17,987 nt of DNA from Gemmatimonadota bacterium (GTDB lineage: Bacteria > Gemmatimonadota > Gemmatimonadetes > Longimicrobiales > Gaopeijiaceae), in assembly GCA_039589315.1 (NCBI GenBank), contig JBDHHQ010000105.1, positions 1 through 17,987 of the forward strand, given 5' to 3'. The stretch's first letter is position 1; every line of letters starts with the position of its first letter. Both the position numbers and the translations under genes were made by a program. Shown one piece after another: positions 7,582 through 16,150 of this stretch. The notes under the pieces are model-generated. The model worked only from the letters and a program-made list of their open reading frames with translations, was not told where the DNA came from and ran no database searches.

Positions 7582-10080
7582 TCAGGTCCCGGTCGCCTCG
7601 TCGGGGGTGGCGGCCGAGTCCTGTGCCGGCGGCTCGTCCATGAGGCGACGGATGGACGGGCCCGCAAAGCGCCACACCACCAGCGCCACCACCGTCATCA
7701 GGGAGATCAGCACCGCAGCCACGACCACCCCGATCACGAGCCGTCGCGAGGGCCCCTGCGACAGCGCTCCTGACGGTGTATCGGCCGGTGGCGCCGACAG
7801 CGACCCTGGCGGCGCGTCCGTGAGCGGAATCGCCTTGATGATCTGCGAGTACTCGCTCGGCCCCCCTCGCCGCCCTGACGCCGGCGGGCTTCCGGCTGCC
7901 GGGCCTCCGCCGGTGGCCGGAGGCGGCGGCGGTGGTGGCGGAGCCTGACCCCCGACGCGACCAGTGGAGCCCGGCTCGTCTCTCGAGCGCAAACGCTCCA
8001 GGTAGTCGGACGAAATGTCCGGCAAACCCGATCCAGCCCCCGGACCACCGCCCTTCTCCGGCGCATCCGCGAACAGGCCGCGGTCAGGCGGCCGGGGGGC
8101 GGCGCCGCCGGCCGGATCGGGCCCGCGACCCAGCTCGAACTGCCGCGTCAGGGGCCCAGGCTCGGTCGGAGGCGGCGGGCCCGGGGCTCGGGGTGGCGGC
8201 TCGGTCGGCGGTGGTCGAGACGGAGGAGCGGTGGACGGCAGAGCCGGGGGCGGGGGTGGAGGCGCGGACGGGGGCGGGGGCGGCACGTCGACCGAGGGTT
8301 CGCTCGCCGCCGATGCGGCCGGGGTCTCGTCGAGGGGGAGCTCCTCCTCCCACGGCAGCACCACACGCGGGCCTGGGAGGGGTGGCTCCGGCGTTCCTGC
8401 CGGCGGCGCTGGTGGCTCCGGCCCGGCCTTCTGCGATGCTGGCGGCTCAGCGTCGCCGGACTGCGGCCCGGCCAGCTCCTGCCAGGGTCCCGGGGGCAGG
8501 GCTGGTTCCTCCGTGGCCGAAGGGGGGTGGGCGCCCGCTTCGTCGTCGATCTGGAACGACCCGAGCACGGGCTCGGCAGGAGCGGGTGGTGGCTGAGGAC
8601 GCTCCGAATGCGGCGGTGGGCTGGGCTCGGTGCTCTCCGGAGCGGAAGCTTCGAATGACGGCTCCGACTCGGGGGGCTCGCGGAAGGCCTCGAAAAGCTG
8701 AGTGAACTCCCCCTTCTCGGGCTCCTGCGGCGGTGGCCCGCTGGGCTCACCAGCGACGGGCTGCTCCTGCACCGTCTCGCGATCCTCAGCGACGGGCGGC
8801 GGCGGCACCGTCTCCCGACCCTCAGCCTCCTCTTCAGGTGCCGTCTGTGGCTGTGTCGAATCCTCGGTGTCCGTCAGCGCCTCGAATGCGGCCGTGAGGC
8901 CACCGGGCACTCCCAGTGTGGGCTCCGGCTCCGTCGGTGCCTCCTCGGGCACCACGGGAATGGCCGCCTCGACGGTGGGCGCCTGGGTCGGCACATCGGT
9001 CGGCTCCGCCCTCGCCGCCGCTTCCGCCGGGTCCGGCGACTCGGCCGACGCCGCGTCCGCCGGCTCCTCGACTTCGGCAGGCTCCGGGGCGGCGGCCGGC
9101 TCCCCGACGTCGACCAGCTCCGCGGTCCCCGGCGGATCCTCGGTCCCGGCCGGCTCTTCGGCCTCCTCGAAGGCGGCGAACGCCGCGGTGAGCCCACCTT
9201 CGGCTGCGGGCCCGTCCTGCCCGCCCGGCGACGCGTCCGCCGGGGCAACCGGCGGCGGCGCATCATCGCCCAGCGTCGGGAGGTCCCCACCCACCGTGGC
9301 GTCGGCATCGTCCGAATGCGGCATCGCCGCGGCCGCCTCCTGCGACAGCGTCGGCAGGATCGAATCGAGCGTTGCCGCCCCGTCGGCTGGGTCGGCGCCG
9401 GAAGGCGCCGAGCCGGGAGGAAGCTCGGGATCAGCCACGGGGGGCACCGCCGGTACCGCGGTGACCCCCACGGACTCCGCGAGCGCGTCGGCGTCGGCGG
9501 AAACCGGCTCAGCGTCAGGAACCACCACGCTCGGCTCCGAGGGGAGCTCCTCTGTCGCCGAGGCCGGAGCCGACGGCACGCTCGCTGCCGCGGTGTCCGG
9601 GCGCCGCTCCTCCACCAGAGGCTCGGTCACCCGCTCGCCCGCCGGCGCGTCGACGCCAGCGGGAGCCCGCTCGGCGCTCGGGAGGGCCTCGGCCGGCTCC
9701 GCGGGGGCCGCCGGCTCCTCGGTTGCAGCGGGGGGTGGGCGCACCCCCTCATCCTCCGGGGCCACTTCCGGCGTGTAGCCCTCGGCTTCGGCCGCCGCGA
9801 GCCTCTCGTCGAACCAGCTCTCCAGCGACACGAAGTCGAGCAGGAACTTCGTGACCAGGACCGGCGAGCCCTCCACGTCCAGCGTTTCCAGGATGCGCGT
9901 GCGATCCACGGGCAGGAGACGCTGGGTCGCTTCCTCCGCTCGTTTGGCCTGCTCGGGCCCGGTGAAGACATGGACCATCACCACCGCGCCGCCCGGGCCG
10001 ACCGCGTGGAACGTGCCCACGCCGGCTTCCGTGACCCGCTTGAGAAGCTGGTACCGAGATCGGAATTCGTCGCCGGTCAT
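7582..10080 (-). CDS. Hypothetical single-pass membrane protein (~832 aa): degenerate Ser/Thr-kinase N-lobe-like domain, long Pro/Ala/Glu-rich disordered region with repeated short motifs, C-terminal TM helix
   Basis: 2.5-kb open frame filling the gap between the tssK copies. Globular N-terminal ~95 aa (RYQLLKRV, VVMVHVF, LDVEGSPVLVTKFL) and hydrophobic segment LVIGVVVAAVLISLMTVVALVVW at ~7672-7740. Start is uncertain (ATG 10080 or TTG 10119). Confidence 0.8.
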   Translation of the reverse strand: MTGDEFRSRYQLLKRVTEAGVGTFHAVGPGGAVVMVHVFTGPEQAKRAEEATQRLLPVDRTRILETLDVEGSPVLVTKFLLDFVSLESWFDERLAAAEAEGYTPEVAPEDEGVRPPPAATEEPAAPAEPAEALPSAERAPAGVDAPAGERVTEPLVEERRPDTAAASVPSAPASATEELPSEPSVVVPDAEPVSADADALAESVGVTAVPAVPPVADPELPPGSAPSGADPADGAATLDSILPTLSQEAAAAMPHSDDADATVGGDLPTLGDDAPPPVAPADASPGGQDGPAAEGGLTAAFAAFEEAEEPAGTEDPPGTAELVDVGEPAAAPEPAEVEEPADAASAESPDPAEAAARAEPTDVPTQAPTVEAAIPVVPEEAPTEPEPTLGVPGGLTAAFEALTDTEDSTQPQTAPEEEAEGRETVPPPPVAEDRETVQEQPVAGEPSGPPPQEPEKGEFTQLFEAFREPPESEPSFEASAPESTEPSPPPHSERPQPPPAPAEPVLGSFQIDDEAGAHPPSATEEPALPPGPWQELAGPQSGDAEPPASQKAGPEPPAPPAGTPEPPLPGPRVVLPWEEELPLDETPAASAASEPSVDVPPPPPSAPPPPPPALPSTAPPSRPPPTEPPPRAPGPPPPTEPGPLTRQFELGRGPDPAGGAAPRPPDRGLFADAPEKGGGPGAGSGLPDISSDYLERLRSRDEPGSTGRVGGQAPPPPPPPPATGGGPAAGSPPASGRRGGPSEYSQIIKAIPLTDAPPGSLSAPPADTPSGALSQGPSRRLVIGVVVAAVLISLMTVVALVVWRFAGPSIRRLMDEPPAQDSAATPDEATGT

Positions 10081-10378
10081 CGTTCGAGAAAGGAGCGGTT
10101 CGCGGGCCGCATCACGCAACCTCCTGCGCGGCGGCGCGAGTGCGGGGCGCGGCGGACCACGACGGTTGGGCCGAGGCCAGCCCTTTCCGGGGTCCAGAAG
10201 CGGGGGTGGTCCGGCGAGCCCCGCCCATGCTTGTTCAGCCGCATTTCACCCGCCATCATAGTACTGGCGACCCCAGGGGGGGGCAATCGAGTGACCGGTT
10301 GCCCCGCCCACCGGTGCGCGCGCAGCGGGGGCACGGCCGCTCATTCCCTTCGTCGACGCTGGAGGATAGCTCGAACCC

Positions 10379-11773
10379 ATGCTGTCACTGTCGCGAGTGG
10401 TGTGGCGCGAGGGGATGCATCTCGCTCAGCACCACTTCCAGGCCCAGAGTCGATACGTCGAGGAGTCGGCGACGCTCGCCGTCACGAGCGTGTTCTTCAA
10501 GTCCTACGGCCTCGTAGCCCTCGAGGTGGACAACGATGCCGTACGGAACGGCGCAGTGGCTCTTCGTCATGCCCGTGGAGTGATGCCGGACGGACTCCCG
10601 TTCCAGTTCCCGGACGAGCCGCTACCTCCGCCGCTGGAGCTGAAGGACCGCTTCTCCCCGACCAGCGATAGCCACCTGGTTCTCCTGGGGATTCCGGCCT
10701 ATCGCCTCGGCCGTCCCAACTGCCAGATCGACGACGGAGCCGCCGGTGACCCCGTACGCTACAGGAAGGCCACCCGCAGCGTCGCCGACGAAACGACCGG
10801 GCGGGACGCGAAGACCATCGACCTGGCGGAGAAGAACTTCCGGCTCCTCCTTGACGGTGACCCGACGGACGACCTGGTCACGATGCCGGTGGCCCGGGTG
10901 CGGCGGGACGGAGCGGGGAATTTCGAGTACGATCCGGACTACATTCCGCCCAGCCTTCAGATCGGTGCGAGCCCGCGCCTGATGGATCTCCTGGCTCGGT
11001 TGGTGGAGATCCTCGACCAGCGGGCCGAGTCGATGGCCCAGGAGCGCCAGGCAAGACGAGGCGGGTTCTCGGATTTCGCGGCGAGGGAGGTGGCCAGCTT
11101 CTGGCTCACCCACACGATCCACTCCTCCCTCACACCACTTCGCCACCACCAGCAATCCCGGACTCTGCACCCTGAGCAGCTTTTCAGGGAGCTTTCCCGG
11201 CTCGGCGGCGCGCTATGCACGTTCGGCCTGAACTCACACCCACGGACGCTGCCGCTGTACGACCACGACCGGCTCGACGAGTGCTTCGGAGTCCTGGACC
11301 GGCACATCCGCAGTCATCTGGATCTGGTTCTGCCCTCGAACAGCGTCGTCATCCCGCTCGAGGCAGCCGATCCCCTCACGCTGGACGCCAAGAATGCCCA
11401 GGGTCTGAGCGCAGCCACCTTCCATACGGCGACGATCGGGGATCAGCGCTGCTTCGGAGAAGCCGAGTGGTTTCTCTCCGTCCGCTCCAGCGCGAGTGGC
11501 GCCGACGTGGTGTCCGGCGTGCCCAGGCTCGCGAAGCTCTGCTCTGCGGAGGACATCGTCAAGCTCGTGCGCAGGGCGCTCCCGGGGCCCCCGCTGGAGC
11601 CGGTCGCCGTTCCCCCCTCGGCCATCGCGCCGCGGCTGGGAGCCCACTACTTCCGCATCGAGCGGTCGGGTCCGGCCTGGGAGGTCATCGCCAAACGCCG
11701 TACCCTTGGCGTCTATGTTCCGGACGGCATCCCCGACGCGGCGCTCGAGCTGGCCATCGTCCTGGGCTCCTGA
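10379..11773 (+). CDS. tssK: T6SS baseplate subunit TssK, paralog 2, 464 aa
   Basis: Motifs RVVWREGMHLAQHHFQAQ, ARGVMPDG, YIPPSL, EVASFWL, HPEQLFRELSRLGGALCTF, YDHDRL, RRALPG and LGVYVP. SD GGAGG at 10361-10365. Confidence 0.95.
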   Translation: MLSLSRVVWREGMHLAQHHFQAQSRYVEESATLAVTSVFFKSYGLVALEVDNDAVRNGAVALRHARGVMPDGLPFQFPDEPLPPPLELKDRFSPTSDSHLVLLGIPAYRLGRPNCQIDDGAAGDPVRYRKATRSVADETTGRDAKTIDLAEKNFRLLLDGDPTDDLVTMPVARVRRDGAGNFEYDPDYIPPSLQIGASPRLMDLLARLVEILDQRAESMAQERQARRGGFSDFAAREVASFWLTHTIHSSLTPLRHHQQSRTLHPEQLFRELSRLGGALCTFGLNSHPRTLPLYDHDRLDECFGVLDRHIRSHLDLVLPSNSVVIPLEAADPLTLDAKNAQGLSAATFHTATIGDQRCFGEAEWFLSVRSSASGADVVSGVPRLAKLCSAEDIVKLVRRALPGPPLEPVAVPPSAIAPRLGAHYFRIERSGPAWEVIAKRRTLGVYVPDGIPDAALELAIVLGS

Positions 11774-11855
11774 CTGTCCGTGTCTTACGTGATGACCCGA
11801 CACCGGCGCTTCGCGATACCATGTTCGCTTCACATCCGTCCTTCATTGGCTGACC

Positions 11856-12632
11856 ATGGACCAAACCCGAGCGTCTGAGCCGTCTCCCCGGCGGGGTGCC
11901 CTGGCCCTGAGCCTTCAGGAGGCGTTTACGGTCACGGTGCGCCTGCGGGCCGACCGACAGATCGCCTCGGACGCCACCTCGTTCCGCAACCACATCAAGC
12001 AGCTCCTCGGCGCCGCCGACCGGAAGGCTCGGGGGGCGGGATACGACCCGCAGTACGTGAAGCTCGCGGTCTACGCCTTCATCGCGTTCTTGGACGAGTC
12101 GGTGCTGAGCTCGCGGAATCCCGTGTTCGCGGAATGGCACCGGCGTCCGCTCCAAGAAGAGATCTTCGGGGACATGCTGGCCGGGGAGGCTTTCTTCGAC
12201 AACCTGAGAGACCTGCTCGCCAGGCAGGACTCCGAGGACCTCGCCGATCTACTCGAGGTCTACCAGCTGTGCATGTTGCTGGGGTTCGCGGGCAGGTTCG
12301 CGGCGGGTGACGGCGGAGAGCTCCGGGCCCTGGTAGCGACGGTTTCCGACAAGATCATGCGCATCCGCGGTGGGGCCGAGCCCATCTCGGCATCCTGGGC
12401 TCTGCCCGAAGGCGAGCAAGTCCGGGTCACACGTGATCCCTGGGTGAAGCCGATGCGGATCGTGGCCGGGGTAGCTCTGGGCCTCACCGTGCTGCTTTGG
12501 GTCGGCTGCTCGCTCTCCCTCAACGGGAAGGTGCGCGATATCGAGGCGGCAGCCGAGTCGGTCCAGGTCTCACTGCTGACGCACACGGACGGAGCCGCGG
12601 TCGGACCCTCGGCCATGGGGGCGGCACAATGA
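11856..12632 (+). CDS. tssL: T6SS membrane protein TssL (DotU family), no OmpA-like domain, 258 aa
   Basis: Motifs AVYAFIAFLDESVL, WHRRPLQEEIFG, AGEAFFDNL and LLEVYQLCMLLGFAGRF; C-terminal TM helix IVAGVALGLTVLLWVG. Confidence 0.95.
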   Translation: MDQTRASEPSPRRGALALSLQEAFTVTVRLRADRQIASDATSFRNHIKQLLGAADRKARGAGYDPQYVKLAVYAFIAFLDESVLSSRNPVFAEWHRRPLQEEIFGDMLAGEAFFDNLRDLLARQDSEDLADLLEVYQLCMLLGFAGRFAAGDGGELRALVATVSDKIMRIRGGAEPISASWALPEGEQVRVTRDPWVKPMRIVAGVALGLTVLLWVGCSLSLNGKVRDIEAAAESVQVSLLTHTDGAAVGPSAMGAAQ

Positions 12633-15600
12633 TGCAGCGGATGATCCCCTGGATAGGTGGTGGCGGGACGTTCCTGCCTTTTGCCGCAGGCGCCCAGGCA
12701 TCGGGCGGTATGCTTGGACTGGAGGGAGCAGGTCTCCGTATCGTCCAGGCGATCCTGATCTTCGCGGGACTCTCCGTCTCTCTGGTCGTCTTCTGGGCCC
12801 TCTACGCCCGGATGAAGCGGAAGCAGGTCGCCGCGGGCCCTCCGGACGAGATCGACACCCTCACCGCCAGAGCGGAGAAGCGCCTCGCGACGTCGAGCCT
12901 CTCCGAGACGTCCAAGCTGGGCAAGCTGCCCCTGGCCCTCGTCCTGGGCCCGTCGGGTGGCTGCAAGACGACCGCGGTCACCCGTTCGGGCCTGGAGCCC
13001 GAGCTGTTGGCCGGTGAGGTCTACAAGGGCGACGTGGTAGTGCCCACCCGGGACATCAACGTCTGGTTCGCTTCGGACATGGTCTTCCTGGAGGCGGGCG
13101 GCAAGGTCGTGACCGACGAGGCCAGGTGGAACCGTCTGGTGCGGAGAATCCGGCCCGGGAGCTTCGCCGCGGCGTTGGGACGGGGTCGGCAAGCGCCGCG
13201 CCTCGCGCTCGTCTGCGTGAGCTGTGAGGAGTTCCTCAAGCCGGGCAGCTCCGAGTCGGTGCCCGCGCTGGCCAACTCGCTCAGGGAGCGTCTCACGACG
13301 GTGTCTCAGGAGATGGGGATCCGGCTCCCCGTCTACGTGCTGTTCACGAAGACCGACCGCCTGCCCTACTTCGACGACTTCGTCCGCAATCTCACGGGAT
13401 ACGAGGCCGAGGAGGTCTGGGGCGCGACCCTGGACGTGGAGAGCACCACACAGGACGCCGCTTTCGGAGAGCGGCGCGCGCAGCACGTTGCCGACCTCAT
13501 GCGCCGCATCAGCCAATCGCTGGCACTGCGAAGGCTCAACGTGCTCCCCCGCGAGACCGACGAGGACGTCAAGACGGGCGCGTACGAGTTCCCGCGTGAG
13601 TTCGGGAAGATCCAGCAGCTGGCCGAGCAGTTCCTGCTGGAGTTGACGCGTCCCAGCCAGCTCAGCATCAGCCCATTCCTCAGAGGCTTCTACTTCACCG
13701 GCGTCCGAGCGGTAGTCGTCACGGATCCCGGCACGGGTGGTGCGGCTCCCGCCTCGGCGCTCCTCGATCACGCCGGTCCGGGGGACCCGGGAGCGACCCA
13801 GGTCTTCACACCTCACATGATCAGTGCTGCCGTCGAGCCGCAGCCCAGCGCCCAGGGAGCCGGGCGCAAGGTCCCGCAGTGGCTGTTCCTGAAGCAGGTG
13901 TTCAAGGGCATCCTGCTGCAGGACCAGGTGGCCATGGGCGTGACCGGCGGTGGCTCGAGGGTGCAGCTGGCGCGTCGACTCGCGCTGGGATTGGCGACGG
14001 CGGGGCTGGCGGCGCTGATGGCCTGGATCGGGATCGCTTACGCCTGGAACGACTCCTGGGCCGTGCGGGCCGCTCGCGCCATGCAAGCCACCGAGGGCGT
14101 CATGGCCGACCCCGATGGCGTGGCCGTCCTCGACGATCTGAATCGCCTCGACACGCTACGGGATGTGACCGTGGCCATGGGTGAGAGCGCCCGCCACGGC
14201 CGACGCTGGATCCACCTGGGCCTGTACCGAGGCCATCGGGTCCACGAGCGACTCCGAGAGGGCTACTTCGGGGGTCCTTTCCGGCGTGCGCTGTGGGAGC
14301 CGGCCAGAGGCAACCTGCTGGACTCCCTCCAGGCCTGGGACACGCGGGCCGACACGATGCGGGACTATACGGCCAACTATGATGCGCTCAAGGCGTATCT
14401 GGTCATGACCCAGTACCCCGACAGCAGCTCGGCGGACTTCCTCGCTCCGCTGCTCAGGCGGTACTGGACCGCCAGCCACCTGCCCGAGCCCGAGCGCGAC
14501 AGCCTGGGAACCAGCCAGTTCACCTTCTATGCCGACGAGCTCCCCTACGGAAACCCGTATGCCTTGGCAGCGGATGATGCGCTCGCCGGCCGGACGCAGG
14601 ACTTCCTTCTCGACGCCCTGCGCGCCGAGCCCTTCTACCGACGACTCACGGCCGACGTGTCCGAGGCTCTCGGACCCACGGAGTATAAGACCGACGTCGC
14701 GTGGTCGAACCACGTCGTCGACGGGGCCTACACCGCGGCGGGCTGGGTCCAGATGATGGACCGCCTGGACCGGCTCGGCCAGGTCCTGGGGTCGGAGGAC
14801 TGGGTGCTGGGCAGGCGGGTGCCGGACGCTCGCATCGAGGCCTTGGCGGACGAGATCGGTGACCGGTATGTCACGGACTACGTGCAGCAATGGCAAACCT
14901 ACCTCGGTGAAGGCGAGGTAGCCGGCTTCCAGGGCCTGGGTGACGCCGCGAGCAAGCTCCAGGTGCTCACCGGAGGTCAGTCGCCGCTCCTGAGGCTGAT
15001 TGCCCTCGCGGCCGACAACGCGGCCGTCGGCGTCGAGGCCGTTGACAGCGCGTTCCAGCCCGTGTTCGCGGTCACCCCGGTGGGCTCGTCCGAGCGCCCT
15101 GCCGTGCCCGAGAACCAGGAGTATGTGCAAGCGCTGAGCGGTGTGTGGCAGGCGATGGATGAAGCCGCCCAGGCACCCGACGATCAGGCGAGGAACAACG
15201 CGCTGGGAGGAGCCGGACGAGCGGTGCGCCAAGCCGAAACCGCGGTGCTCACCATCGACCGGGAGCTCATCTCCAGCCCGCTCACCGAGCCGGCGCGGGT
15301 GAGCGTCCTCCGCTTGCTGGGCGCCCCCCTGCGATCGGCGTCACGCCTCATCAGCGTCGTGCCCTCTGCGGATCTGAACTCGGGCGGCGCCAGCTTTTGC
15401 CGGTCGTTCGGGGATCTTACGTCAGCTTATCCGTTCCGGGCGTCCGGCGACGACGCGGACTTCGAGACGCTGTCGGCCATGCTCCAGCCTGGCTCGGGCC
15501 TCCTCTGGAGCTACCTCGACGGCAACTGGGCAGGCCTGCTGGAGCGGCGCGGCAGCGGATACGCGGCCAGAACCGGCGCCAACCCCCAGCCCACGGCCGG

Positions 15601-16066
15601 TTTCGTTCGCTTCTTCGATCAAGCCGCCGCCATTTCACGCTCGTTCTATCCGGGCGACGGATCACAGGCCCGCATCGATTTCTCCTTGCGACCCCAGGTG
15701 TCGGCCCCCATCGAAAGCGTGGAGATCGACATCGACGGCAATCGGCAGCGCTTCACGGCCACGGACCGGCCCAACGGCGTCTTCGCGTGGGAGGAGGAAC
15801 GCGCCCGGGGCGCCGGGATGACCATCGCCTACCAGGACGGGTCAGCCGAGACGCTGGCCGTTCCCGACGGACCCTGGGCCCTGTTCCAACTCCTGGGCCT
15901 GGCCCAGCCATGGGAGGACCGGGGACAGGACCGCTACGTCATCCGGTGGCCCATCGAGGGCCGGCAGGAGACCTTGGCCGCGCAGTTGGTGCTGCGGACG
16001 CCTGCACGCGTGCTGGATGCCCGGTACCTCGCCAACCTGCAGTGCGTCTCCCGGGTGGCGCGGTAG
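12629..16066 (+). CDS. tssM: T6SS membrane complex subunit TssM (IcmF), ~1145 aa
   Basis: Walker A-like LVLGPSGGCKTT..SGL, RLPVYVLFTKTDRLPYF, FLRGFYFTG, TM helix at ~13975-14045, YDALKAYL, YVQQWQTYL and GPWALFQLL. The start overlaps the tssL stop (ATGATG at 12629-12634). Confidence 0.95.
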   Translation: MMQRMIPWIGGGGTFLPFAAGAQASGGMLGLEGAGLRIVQAILIFAGLSVSLVVFWALYARMKRKQVAAGPPDEIDTLTARAEKRLATSSLSETSKLGKLPLALVLGPSGGCKTTAVTRSGLEPELLAGEVYKGDVVVPTRDINVWFASDMVFLEAGGKVVTDEARWNRLVRRIRPGSFAAALGRGRQAPRLALVCVSCEEFLKPGSSESVPALANSLRERLTTVSQEMGIRLPVYVLFTKTDRLPYFDDFVRNLTGYEAEEVWGATLDVESTTQDAAFGERRAQHVADLMRRISQSLALRRLNVLPRETDEDVKTGAYEFPREFGKIQQLAEQFLLELTRPSQLSISPFLRGFYFTGVRAVVVTDPGTGGAAPASALLDHAGPGDPGATQVFTPHMISAAVEPQPSAQGAGRKVPQWLFLKQVFKGILLQDQVAMGVTGGGSRVQLARRLALGLATAGLAALMAWIGIAYAWNDSWAVRAARAMQATEGVMADPDGVAVLDDLNRLDTLRDVTVAMGESARHGRRWIHLGLYRGHRVHERLREGYFGGPFRRALWEPARGNLLDSLQAWDTRADTMRDYTANYDALKAYLVMTQYPDSSSADFLAPLLRRYWTASHLPEPERDSLGTSQFTFYADELPYGNPYALAADDALAGRTQDFLLDALRAEPFYRRLTADVSEALGPTEYKTDVAWSNHVVDGAYTAAGWVQMMDRLDRLGQVLGSEDWVLGRRVPDARIEALADEIGDRYVTDYVQQWQTYLGEGEVAGFQGLGDAASKLQVLTGGQSPLLRLIALAADNAAVGVEAVDSAFQPVFAVTPVGSSERPAVPENQEYVQALSGVWQAMDEAAQAPDDQARNNALGGAGRAVRQAETAVLTIDRELISSPLTEPARVSVLRLLGAPLRSASRLISVVPSADLNSGGASFCRSFGDLTSAYPFRASGDDADFETLSAMLQPGSGLLWSYLDGNWAGLLERRGSGYAARTGANPQPTAGFVRFFDQAAAISRSFYPGDGSQARIDFSLRPQVSAPIESVEIDIDGNRQRFTATDRPNGVFAWEEERARGAGMTIAYQDGSAETLAVPDGPWALFQLLGLAQPWEDRGQDRYVIRWPIEGRQETLAAQLVLRTPARVLDARYLANLQCVSRVAR

Positions 16067-16150
16067 CAAGGCGAACGCGGTGGCAGCAAGACGATGTCGT
16101 GAGTTACGTCGCGGAAGCGGCGAGTGAGATACACAAACGAGGTGTCGCTC

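Noticed and set aside
10240..10255. Minus-strand TGGCGGGTGAAATGCG as a sigma54 promoter
   Set aside because: GG-N10-GC spacing is correct but the rest of the consensus match is weak in GC-rich DNA, and no enhancer-binding protein gene is in the window.
7932..10671. Long plus-strand ORFs (257, 193, 358 and 451 aa) opposite the Pro-rich gene
   Set aside because: Gly/Ser/Arg-rich mirror translations. The minus frame is continuous and has a globular domain, recurring motifs and a TM helix.
12260..15232. 608-aa and 358-aa minus-strand ORFs
   Set aside because: Antisense shadows of tssL/tssM.
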